NCBI RefSeq assembly: GCF_006345805.1
Contig: NC_043000.1
Location: forward strand, 558,001 to 622,000
Reading direction: 5' to 3'
From: Octopus sinensis
Taxonomy: Eukaryota
DNA: 64,000 bases
Below are positions 53,165 to 64,000 of the stretch, piece after piece. Positions within the stretch are counted from its first letter, which is position 1. Every line of letters begins with the position of its first letter. The notes beneath the pieces were generated by a model. It worked only from the letters and a program-made list of their open reading frames with translations, was not told the DNA's origin and searched no databases. The translations under genes and the position numbers were made by a program.

Positions 53165-53327
53165 CACTGCTAACTGTGTGGTAAGAAGTTTGCTACACGG
53201 TTCCAGGTTCATCTCCAATGCGTGGCACCTTGGGCAAATGTCTTCTACTATAGCCGTGAACCGATCAAATCCTTCTGAGTTGATTTGGCATATGAAAACT
53301 TAAAGAAGCTTATCGCGCATATATACG

Positions 53328-53364
<37 letters not shown>

Positions 53365-53390
53365 TACACACACACACCACACACACACAC

Positions 53391-53446
<56 letters not shown>

Positions 53447-53546
53447 TATTTATACATATTTATGTGTAAGTATGTGTATGTATATATACATATATATGTT
53501 CATACATATATATGTGTATGTATATATATATAATATATATATATAT

Positions 53547-53592
<46 letters not shown>

Positions 53593-53790
53593 ATATGTAT
53601 GTTTGTCTTTGGGGCAATGTTTGGTTTGTTTACATCCTCTTAAATTAGCGGTTCGGCCAAATAAACCGATAGAATTAGTGAATGAGTACCAAGCTTTAAA
53701 ATAATGTATTGCGGTAGATTCGTTAGGCTAAAATGTTTGACGGTTGTGCCACAGCATGACTGCTGTCTAATGACCTAAACAAGTAATTGA
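53165..53790 (+). mobile_element. SINE A with expanded internal microsatellite
   Basis: Diverged head and core, (CA/TA)n, 3' tail. Confidence 0.75.
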
Positions 53791-54362
53791 TAAAAAGATA
53801 AAAAGATATCGTACTGTATCCGCCTTATCGTCTAATGGCAGTTTGATGTGTACTCAACACGGAATGAGAAATTGAGGGAAGTGAGGGTGAGTGAGAACTC
53901 TATGTAATTTATACGTATTTGCGTTTATAGAAAGAAGAAGGTTAAGGAATGAGAAAATAATGTAACTGGGTAGACAGAAACGGAGGGAAAGAAAATCACT
54001 TGGAAATCTCTAAGGAGAAAGAATATGCTTGTATTCTGAAGAAACCGTCTCACATCAGAAGGGTAGATGCTAATCTGGAGTTTCGCTAATCCGAAAATAA
54101 TCTGGGAATAATCTGATGTGTCAGGGGTTGTCGGAAACACGGGGATATGAATGACGTTCTGTAAGCTGATGGATCACAGGTTATGTAGCATGGGCGCTGT
54201 TGAGGGACGAGATAATTAACAGCTGATATGAGCCCATTTCATTGTTTAGATTTGTCTTTCTCGGTCGAGGTTTCAAATCTTATAGACGCCAACTGTCTTT
54301 CATTCACGCTAAATGAATAAAATATATCCTAGTTATTGCTGCTGTTTAAGCCCCTGTTCAAA

Positions 54363-54781
54363 TCTCTATATCTATAAACGGTAAAACGTCTGTGTATTTG
54401 TGTGTCGGTGTGTCTGTGTGTCCTTTATACAAATCCACAGTTTTTCACGTAGAAGGCTCACATTTTCTATGGGCTTTCAAAACTGTCTGAGAGTGGTCGT
54501 GAAGATCTTTTCATTTCCCCAAACACCCCAGAAAGCCATTAAAAAATCGATAAACCGACCCCTTATGCCCATAAGTTATGGGCATATGGGCATTACCGAA
54601 GTCCAATGAATATTAATTACTCTCATAAAAAGCTCCAACTAGCTCATAAACAACAAAACTGGCCTGGGCTGAAATGTGATAAGAAACTTAGCTCTTGATT
54701 TAGTGAGAATTTTTTACTGCGACCCGTCAACGAACAACAAGCACTAGCACTAGACCCAGCAACGCCGGGTCATAGTGCTAG
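54363..54781 (+). mobile_element. Non-autonomous Helitron, family 2
   Basis: A|TC start; hairpin gacccagcaacgccgggtc; CTAG|T end. Confidence 0.82.
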
Positions 54782-55404
54782 TCTGATATACATATAAGTG
54801 CAAATATCTTCCAGCCGTGACCATTTTGTCTTTTTAGGAGTAAGTGGAGGTGGACTATATTATCTAAAGTGTACTTGAATTTTTAAGACAGCAGTATGTT
54901 ATTTGAGGGATATTTGGTTGTTATATCTATCTGACAAACAACCAGGTAGAGGTTACCCGTTGGCTCGCATGCGTAGAAGTTATATACTGAGATGGAATTA
55001 ACGAGATTGTTCTGTAAATTGTGTAAATCTAACTTCTTGTCTTTAAACAGATCTATAAATGAAGAGTATGATGGCGGTAGAGTTGTGTCAAGTTTAAAAT
55101 ACATTCATTTCCTGGTTTTACTCGACAACTCGCGATTTCCCGGTATAATAACAAGCCAAAATGTGGTTGAACAGCTTCCTCTATCAAGATTACTGGCATT
55201 CCATAAACATTACACGAGAGTCTAGCGGTTGTTAGTGATTCACCATGATAAAATAGAAGCAGAAATGTTATTTATCAAGAGTAATTCAACGATGGAAAGA
55301 TGTGAAGAATGCTTACATTCGATAAGTAGAATGCAGCTTAGATGAGCTTCTAGTGGTAATTGTAACAAGAAAACACCGTGTTATAGCGGTTGAATAATTC
55401 TTTC

Positions 55405-56090
55405 TAATAAAGGTACAAGCCCAGAATTTTGGGGCCGGGGCTAACCGATCACTAATCGATTGGGGCTAGTCGGTCCACATACTTGACTGGTATTTATTTT
55501 ATCGACCTCAAAAAGATAAAAAGCGAACTCGACTTCGGTGGGATTTGACCGTAGAATGTAAAGGTGGAAGAAATGTCCTTTCTACTATAAGCACAAGGCC
55601 TGAAATTCTGGGGTCGGAACTAAGTCGATTACATCGATCCCAGTACATGAGTGCTAATTATTTTATCGACCCAGAAAAGATAAAAGGTAAAAGACGGCCT
55701 CAGTGAAATTTGAACTCAGAACGTAAAAAAAGACGAAATGCCGCTAAGCATTTTTCCCGGCGTGCTAACTATTCTGCCAGCTCGCCGCCCTAAAGGCGGA
55801 AGAAATATCGCTAAACATATTGTCCGAAGTGCTAATTGTTCTGCTAGCTTCGTACTTTCAAGCGACTGAATAACCCTTTCTGCTATAGACACAAAGCCTG
55901 AAATTTTAGGGGAGGAGGTTAATTGATTACATCGACCCCCAGTATTTAACTGGTATTTATTTTATCGATCTCAAAAGGATGAAAGGTAAGGACCACCTTG
56001 GCGGAATTTGAACTCGGTACGTAACGCCGGAAGAAATGCTGCTAAGCATTTTGTCCACTGTGATAACGATTCTGTCTGCTCGCCACCTCG
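55405..56090 (-). mobile_element. Family C array (3 units)
   Basis: Head-to-tail monomers with the aggccttgtgc tail. Confidence 0.85.
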
Positions 56091-56289
56091 TAGCGATTGA
56101 AGAAGAAAGAAGCAAAGAAAATTAAGGCTTAAAATTGTAAATTTTTATGGAGAAAAGAATTATATATCATGGAGTCCGTTTAAGCTCTTTGGGAGTATCG
56201 AAAGTTTTTCAGGAATCTTTGGCAATGTTGAGAATATCCACGGTCAAGGAACTGTTGCAGAAATTTGTGATATCAGCTATCTCTAAAGT

Positions 56290-56495
56290 CGCCATGATAG
56301 ATCGATAGCCCCTACACACATTTTTTTTCTCCTTGTTTCTCTCCTTGTTTTTTTCTGTGTCCCTTTCTGTAGAAGAGCGTAGGCTCGAAACGTAAAAGAC
56401 TTTTTCTATTCTTGAGGGTTATACTTATACATTTGTTTGTTTTGTACACCACCTGTCTTCGTCTTTTGTTTTTTTTTCGTAAACTCTCCCTAAAT
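56290..56495 (+). mobile_element. Family H repeat with the best-paired hammerhead-like fold
   Basis: 56362-56400 cctttctgtagaagagcgtaggctcgaaacgtaaaagac. Confidence 0.7.
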
Positions 56496-56602
56496 ACTTC
56501 TTTAAGTTGGGTTTGTTTTCAGTGACCAGTAATCTGTATGGTGGTTATAACGTAGTTATTTTTTAAGTTCCTTTAAGCTATTCTTAATTCTTTCAAACAT
56601 TA

Positions 56603-56897
56603 TTGATTGATTGATTGATTGATTCTAGTTTCAGCTCATGAGCTGTGGCCATGCTGGGGCACCGCCATTTGGTGTTGCTACATGGTTTTACTTCACGAAT
56701 GCTTTTTGGCAACTGCCATTTGGTGCATGAGAGAGTTCGATGCAGCTGCCCTCATCTGCACCTCCTGCCGTGAAGTTGGTTCATCTGGGACACCTGACAA
56801 GAAGAGATCCAGTTTCATTTTAAAGACATCTGCATCCACCCCATGCAGGTCTCTTAGGTTCTTCGGGAGGATATTGAAGAGCTGTGGGCCTCGGAAT
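56603..56897 (-). pseudogene. CR1-group LINE 3' end with UTR and (ATCA)n tail
   Basis: rc: FRGPQLFNILPKNLRDL...FKMKLDLFLSGVPDEP...SNSLMHQM*; resembles the C-terminus of the 26875-29195 element. Confidence 0.88.
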
Positions 56898-57152
56898 TGT
56901 CAAATTGTGATTGGAATTCACAGTGACGATTCTTATTGACGCAAATACTGGATGTCTATTAATGTACAAGAAGCTGATGTCTTACCTCTATGTTATCTTA
57001 ATAGAGAGTTCAGTAAAGATTATCATCGACAGACGTTATGAATTTCTATTAGTCTTTAAAAAAACCAATATGTCACATACATAACATAGCATCTTATATT
57101 ACTGAACGGAGATAAAAACCTTTCTTCAGAAATCATTGAAAATTATGAAATA

Positions 57153-57564
57153 GGCGCAGGAGTGGCTGTGTGGTAAGTAGCCTGTCTACCAACCACATGG
57201 TTCCGGGTTCAGTCCCACTGCGTGGCATCTTGGGCAAGTGTCTTCTACTATAGCCTCGGGCCGACCAAAGCCTTGTGAGTGGATTTGGTAGACGGAAACT
57301 GAAAGAAGCCTGTCGTATATATGTATATATATGTGTATATGTTTGTGTGTCTGTGTTTGTCCCCCCTAGCATCGCTTGACAACCGATGCTGGCGTGTTTA
57401 CGTCCCCGTCACTTAGCGGTTCGGCAAAAGAGACCGATAGAATAAGTACTGGGCTTACAAAAGAATAAGTCCCGTGGTCGATTTGCTCGACTAAAGGCGG
57501 TGCTCCAGCATGGCCGCAGTCAAATGACTGAAACAAGTAAAAGAGTAAAAGAGTAAAGAGTAAA
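57153..57564 (+). mobile_element. SINE A, full-length reference copy (tRNA head, CORE-like domain, LINE-derived tail)
   Basis: A box tggctgtgtgg, B box gggttcagtccc, CORE-like catcttgggcaagtgtctt, (agtaaaag)n tail. Confidence 0.92.
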
Positions 57565-57887
57565 CAACTAAAGAATTATCCCAATGAAAAATAGATGTGA
57601 TATAATATAATCAGGTTTTCAGATTCGAGGGTAACATGTCCTGTAATAAATACGTATGTCCGCAGCTGTGGAATAGTAGAAATATCTGTAATAATTGCAG
57701 TGCTTGTAAATTATGATACATATTTTTGTTGCTGTTGTCAGTCCTTATTGAGAAAATTTATTTTCAAAAGCATTTCAGTTATGACCATTTATAAGAGGTT
57801 ACGCATTTAGAACATTAGCCTAAACCAGACTTGAATTGCTTTAATTTCATTTTACTGATGATAATCGGTATAGTTTTAGAAAACATA

Positions 57888-58368
57888 CCGTAAATCCTCG
57901 AGTATAATCCGCAATTTTTTTCCCAAAATTTAAAGGTCAAAATTCCTAGTGCGTACTATATACGAGGTTAAAAATGAAAATTATTTTCTAAGCAATGTCC
58001 AAGTCTCTATTTGCTGTCCGGCAATGTTTATTCAGATGCATTTTGTGATGTCGGGCGCGAAAATACCTTAAATCATCCATAACTTGCAGTAAGCAACATT
58101 TATTAAACGTTATTACAGTTATTTCTTTATTTTCTGCAAACATAATGCACAAAAAAGCTACACGTTTGCATTATGTTATATATACAATAATAATAAAGGG
58201 TGTTACCGTATACATTTTCACAAACCAAAGACATTATATAGACCTCCTTGACTCAAGTTAGAGAAGGGGTGCGTATTATACACAATGTTTAGGTTTTTCA
58301 GAGGTACAGCCCCCTAAAAATCCCCTGCGTATTATACTCAAAGGCAGACTATACTCGAGGATTTACGG
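57888..58368. mobile_element. Tc1/mariner-type (pogo/Tigger-like) MITE
   Basis: Perfect 19-bp TIR ccgtaaatcctcgagtata; TA on both sides; matches 60310-60822. Confidence 0.9.
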
Positions 58369-59582
58369 TATATAATGAGGCAATGCAAAAATGACAAACA
58401 TTAATTGATTTGAAATACAGGAAAAAATGTATAAGTTATCGTTTTGAAGCAAACTTCAGCATATTTTACAAGATTCCGAGTATAGTTATGAAAAAATTAC
58501 AATAGGGATTGATTGAAACTGACTCAAAGGAGGAGTAAAGAAAGAAAGAAAGAAAGAAAGAAAGAAGAAAGAAAGAAAGAAAGAGATGAAGTAGTATTGT
58601 TATTGGTTAGATATTTGTTATTTTAGGTTATTTTCAAAGAAACATTATCATTGCAGGTCTCTGTCTGTCCTTTCACATAGCACATCTTCGGTGATCATAA
58701 CGTTTCTTTAAACTCATCAACGAAGGAATCTCTTTTCAGTTGCTTGACCTGTTAAAAATGGCCGCCAACCATGGCATTTATTTGCGTTATATTTCGACAT
58801 ATTTCAACATGTCACAAATATTAACATTATGCACTAAGTTTTATGTGTTCCTCCACCGATGGTATGTTATGTATCGTTATACTTTTGTACTAATCATACA
58901 TGTATTAATTCGCTATTTCAAGCGCATATCGTTCTAAATATAAGTCGGCCTTATTGATCCTTCACGCGTTCCTTTCACGACTTCCGGAAATCTAATAACC
59001 CTTTTTTGAACATTTTACCACTTGTCGGGTGAGCAAGAATATAATTGTTTGCCAACATATAACTTCATATTTCATTCACCCTCATCCCAGCCGTAATACA
59101 TATTATATTTATTATTACATTACGCCAAAATAACAGAAAATTACGTTTTCGCTGATTTCATAAAATACCACAGCTTGCAACAGCAACGATTGGTTAGAAG
59201 ACCAAAATTGGCAAATTAAACAAATATGAATGAATGTGTTTAATTTATTTTAATTTATATAATTACAAATGCTGAAATTTCAAAATTTTAACATGCTAAG
59301 CTCGTTAGTAGGAAGGCAGGAAGTAGATAATTAATTTAATTAGAATATAATTTCTTACACTTTCTATGTTACATCGTTGCAAGCAACATTGCAGCAGCGT
59401 TAAAATGTTGGTACACCAACCAGCTGACGTGGTTTCGTTTGTCTGCGTGAACAACATAGGGACTGTGAACCAACAAAGAAAGAATCTACACGGGTTCTCG
59501 ATTCGCTAATGGTAGCAGCTTTAGACGACAAACTACCATTTTGAAACAAATGAGGGTACATTTGATAATGTTCTGAAGTGTC

Positions 59583-59634
<52 letters not shown>

Positions 59635-59635
<1 letters not shown>

Positions 59636-59865
59636 CCTTTCTACTATAGGCACAAGGCCTGAAAATTTAAAGGCAGACACCCATACCTATTTCTTTACTA
59701 CCCACAAGGGGCTAAACACAGAGAGGGCAAACAAGGACAGACAAACGGATTAAGTCGATCATATCGACCCCAGTGCGTAACTAGTACTTATTTAATTGAC
59801 CCCGAAACGATAAAAAACAAAGTTGACCTCGGCGGAATTTGAACTCAGAACGTAGCGGCAGACGA
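59635..59865 (-). mobile_element. Family C fragment with junction J1
   Basis: Core plus atacctatttctttactacccac. Confidence 0.85.
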
Positions 59866-59873
59866 TATAAATA

Positions 59874-59943
<70 letters not shown>

Positions 59944-59969
59944 TAATAATAATAATAATGATGATGATG

Positions 59970-60016
<47 letters not shown>

Positions 60017-60309
60017 CTAAAAGAAGAATGAGATGGGTGCAGTTGAAATGGTTATGGTTGTAATGTCTGTTAAATCAAAACAGACGTCGGAGGTAACCAA
60101 CAATGGCAACAATACTAAAACGATCACTGTAATGTGTATGAGACGAAACCTCTGTTTGGGCGATTGATATGGCAGAAGTAGGTACTAAATCACCTTCAAA
60201 TCATTCTACAGGAAAAGACGCTGCCTGAAATAAAAGTTGAATGGTCATTGCTAGGTAGCCTTTTATCCCGGAACTACTTATTTGTGACTAATCATATAAC
60301 TGTGAAGTA

Positions 60310-60822
60310 CCGTATATCCTCGAGTATAATCCGCATTTTTTCCCAAAAATTTAAAGGTCAAAATCCCTAGTGCGTACTGTATAAGAGGTTAAAAATGAAA
60401 ATTATTTTCTAAGCAATGTCCGAGTCTCTATTTGCTGTCTGGCTATGTGTATTCAGACGCATTTTGTGATGTCGGGCGGGAAAATACCTTAAGCGAAGCC
60501 TGAAAGCAATGAAGTCATAAAAGAATCATCCATAACTTACAGTAAGCAACATTTATTAAACGTTATTACTGTTATTACTGTTATTTCTTTAATTTTTGCA
60601 AACAAAATGCACAAAAAAGCAACACGTTTGCATTATGTTATATGTACAATAATAATAAAGGACGTTACCTTATGCATTTTTACAAACCAAGGACGTGATA
60701 TAGACCTCCTTGACTCAAGTTAGAGAAGGGGTGCGTTTTATACACCTCTTTCAGAGGTACAGCCCCCCTAAAAATCCCCTGCGTATTATACTCAAGGACG
60801 GACTATACTCGAGGATTTATGG
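60310..60822. mobile_element. Tc1/mariner-type MITE, second copy
   Basis: Same TIRs (two substitutions), TA flanks, extra ~35-bp internal segment. Confidence 0.9.
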
Positions 60823-62402
60823 TATATAACCACTTGTTCTCGCGTAAGTTATCAATGCTCTTTTAAAAGACACCCGCAACTTGCCTATTCATTATTCCCA
60901 ACAACCACGCGCTTTATACTCCCTGGCCTTTGCAGTCTCACTATTTATTCAATGGTTACACACTCAATAACAATGATCCAAAGCTTATTTATCCTAATGT
61001 TTATGTTATTTTTATAAAAATACCGTTTTTTTTTCTGTTATATGTAACCGTCTGTTTTTTAAACCATAAATCTGTCCTCGAATATATAAATGTTTAACGG
61101 CATTTCTTCCGGTTTTTTACGTTCTGAGTTCAAATACCACCGAAGTAGACTTTTCCTTTCATCCTTTCGTGGTCGACAAAGTAAAGTACCAGTTAAATAC
61201 TAGGGTCGATGCAATATATATATATATATATATATATATGTGAAGGGCTTCTGTGTAACTTAACTTGGTCGCCTCGGGCTTATAGCAAGAAGACACTCCC
61301 CCCAAGGTGCCGCACGATGCACACACATATTCTTTTCTTCTCTAAAAAACGTTTTGTTTTGTGCATACTGGATTTAATAGAAAGAAAAAAGAAAAATAAC
61401 CTAATATTTTTCTTTTCTTATGAGTTAAGTAAGATCCTTAATCATAGCTGTGATTTAATTAATGTACAAATAGCAATTAAATGGTTCTAATATTTTAAAT
61501 TCGATGCATTTCCGTACTCAATCCTTTAACTCGGTTCATGGAGCAATTGTCGTAGTTACAAAATATACTTGCGCCCTTCAATTAACGTATTTCTTAAGTC
61601 TAATGATTTATAAGCCTTTTGAAGAGTATGCAAAGAAAAAAGAACGCACACTAAGTTAAAAGAGCTCTACGTAAAACTATTTCATAGGGTGTATTATGAA
61701 TTTTTTTTTACCATTTAATCTATGAATTCTATACCGGAAGGCTGGTTATGTAAAGGGGAGGAATACGCCAAATACGAATGTATTCTTCAAAGAATTAATA
61801 TACAGCTTAGATAATTAAAATAATCGTTTGCTATTAATCAACTAGAAGTTAATGACCGATCTAAGGATAAAGATTGTTCAAATATGTTTTGAAAATAAGG
61901 TTTCGAAAAGTGATTTTTACACCGCCCTGTATATATATATATATATTAATATATGTTAATATATTAATATATGTTAATATATATAAGCATGTATGTGTAT
62001 ATGCGTTTGTATGTGAGCATATACGTGTGTGTACTTGTGTGTGTGTATGTGTGTGTATGTGTGTGTGACCATATACGTGTGTGTACTTGTGTGTGTGTGT
62101 GTGTATGATCAAGTGTTTAAGGTGTTGCACTCACGATCGCAAGAATGTGGTTTCGATTCACACGCCGGCTATGCGTTGGGTTTTTGAGCAAAGCACTCTA
62201 TTTAATGTTGCTCTTACCCATTCACTTATAAATGAGTAACCCTGAGATGGACTGCCGTTCCGTTTTAGGAAGAATGCTGTCCTACCCGCCTGACAAGCGG
62301 ATGGCATCATTCAAAAGGAAGCGCATTGTAACCGTCGGGGTAAAACCGACCGGATGAAACTGGGCTTAGTTGCTAGTTTACATATATAGGTAGGTAGGTA
62401 TG

Positions 62403-62451
<49 letters not shown>

Positions 62452-62546
62452 TATCTATATTATTTATATTATTATATGATCGAAAGTCGCGTATCCATTT
62501 CCAAGTAAGTTTTATCTATCTATCTATCTATCTATCTATCTCTGTC

Positions 62547-62649
<103 letters not shown>

Positions 62650-64000
62650 ATTCCTCGAGTATCATGGGTGTTACGTTCAAAAACCCCACATGATAGGTGA
62701 AAATCCCCGAAGTAGAAACATTACTGTATTTTATATATTTTTAATTTTTTAAATAATTTTATATATTTATTATATTATAAATGCAAAGCAACACCACGAA
62801 GGAATCGTTGTAAGCTTAGATAATAAACCACGATAGGTGAACTGCGATGTGTCGAGAGATTACTGTATATATATATTACATATCTATTCATGTATCTATC
62901 TCTCTACTTCTCTATCTATCTGTCTGTCTCTGTGTGTGAGTCAGTAGCGGCTCGTAGATAAAATTAGTGAAGGGTGTTGTTTCGGAAAAAGTTTAGCCGT
63001 TGTTTTAGTATTGTGTAAAAAGAAACAAACATATAAAAATAAAATGTATACATAAACTTGATGGGTTCTCATTTTAGCCACTGCGGGGTAGTATATTTAA
63101 TTTGTTCTCCGAACACCACCCCGAATTCCCCTTATTTTTTAAAAACTCTCCCTAAATCACAAAATAAGTGGGAAATATCTGTCCTATTTTTCAAATCCTG
63201 TCAGCAGCACTGTAGCTGGAAGCAGGATAATAACCTAATGTTACCCTTTATCACATTGAAGAATATAAACACGTTTTTAGACACAACACATGCGGAGACA
63301 AAAAGCAATACTGCCTTTCATCAGCACACCAGGGTTGGCACTGCTTGAACCACAGTGCTCTCTCTCCCTAGCGTGCAACTTCCTATCACAGACATGTGAG
63401 CATGCGCCCAACAGCCAAACACCGCGTCGCTGGAACTGTGAAGCGCACAGTTCTATACAAGGGATTTTTGGATTTTTTTCATAAACTTGGGGATGGCTGA
63501 TGACATTACGCATAAGGATTATATAATGTACAAGTATAAAGAAAGAAGTAAAGAAAAAAAAGACTCATTATATTGAATGTTACCGATAATATCGACTGGA
63601 AATTAGGGGTGCTGCTGTTCCACCTATACACAAGCCGCAACAGGTGATTGTACATATGAGAGAGAAAGAGGGAGAAAAGAGTGAGCTGGAGACAAAGATA
63701 GATACATATACGTAGATTTCTACTCTTTCTGCTTTCTTCTCTTTTCTAAGCATTCAGTACGCATGCATCACATGCATATACTACTTCCACATATACTAAC
63801 ATAGTCCACATATACATAGGGACACCTTATCTACAGACGACTATATACAAATTGTCTCCCCTTACAGTTCTTCATTTAGCTGTGAAGTTGTTTTCCTCTA
63901 TCCACTCTCTTTCCTGCACCATGATACATTAACGTCACATAAGATGTTGCTGTATGAAACCCTGCTCCCGCCTTTTCTGTTTCCCATATATTCACAACTA

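Noticed and set aside
63277-63513. GC-richer island with short ORFs and CUGAUGA plus a hairpin on minus
   Set aside because: No GAAA box follows, and the peptides are not recognisable.

Overview
AT-rich, repeat-dense eukaryotic DNA with no recognisable host protein-coding exon, so probably intronic or intergenic. The SINE families and extreme microsatellite load look like an Octopus-type cephalopod genome; this is my inference and was not searched. Almost all track ORFs are translated microsatellites. The real coding remnants are all transposon-derived: a ~2.3 kb CR1-group LINE, two other CR1-group fragments, several RTE 3' ends and a hAT dimerisation-domain scrap. The rest is tRNA-derived SINEs (family A, a modular head/core/tail set, and a tandem-array family C), three non-autonomous Helitrons, two Tc1/mariner-type MITEs, one hAT element with an 8-bp TSD, palindromes and local templated duplications. 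Best leads: (1) a canonical type I hammerhead ribozyme at 1539-1631 (-), plus a dispersed family with a hammerhead fold and variant CUGUNGAA core; (2) family C concatemers with two fixed tail-to-head junctions recurring at dispersed loci; (3) a LINE and SINE A sharing a 39-nt 3' tail with three compensatory base-pair changes; (4) a ~210-bp coding-derived retroposon with a 14-bp TSD. Family letters are my own labels. Boundaries of degenerate copies are approximate.
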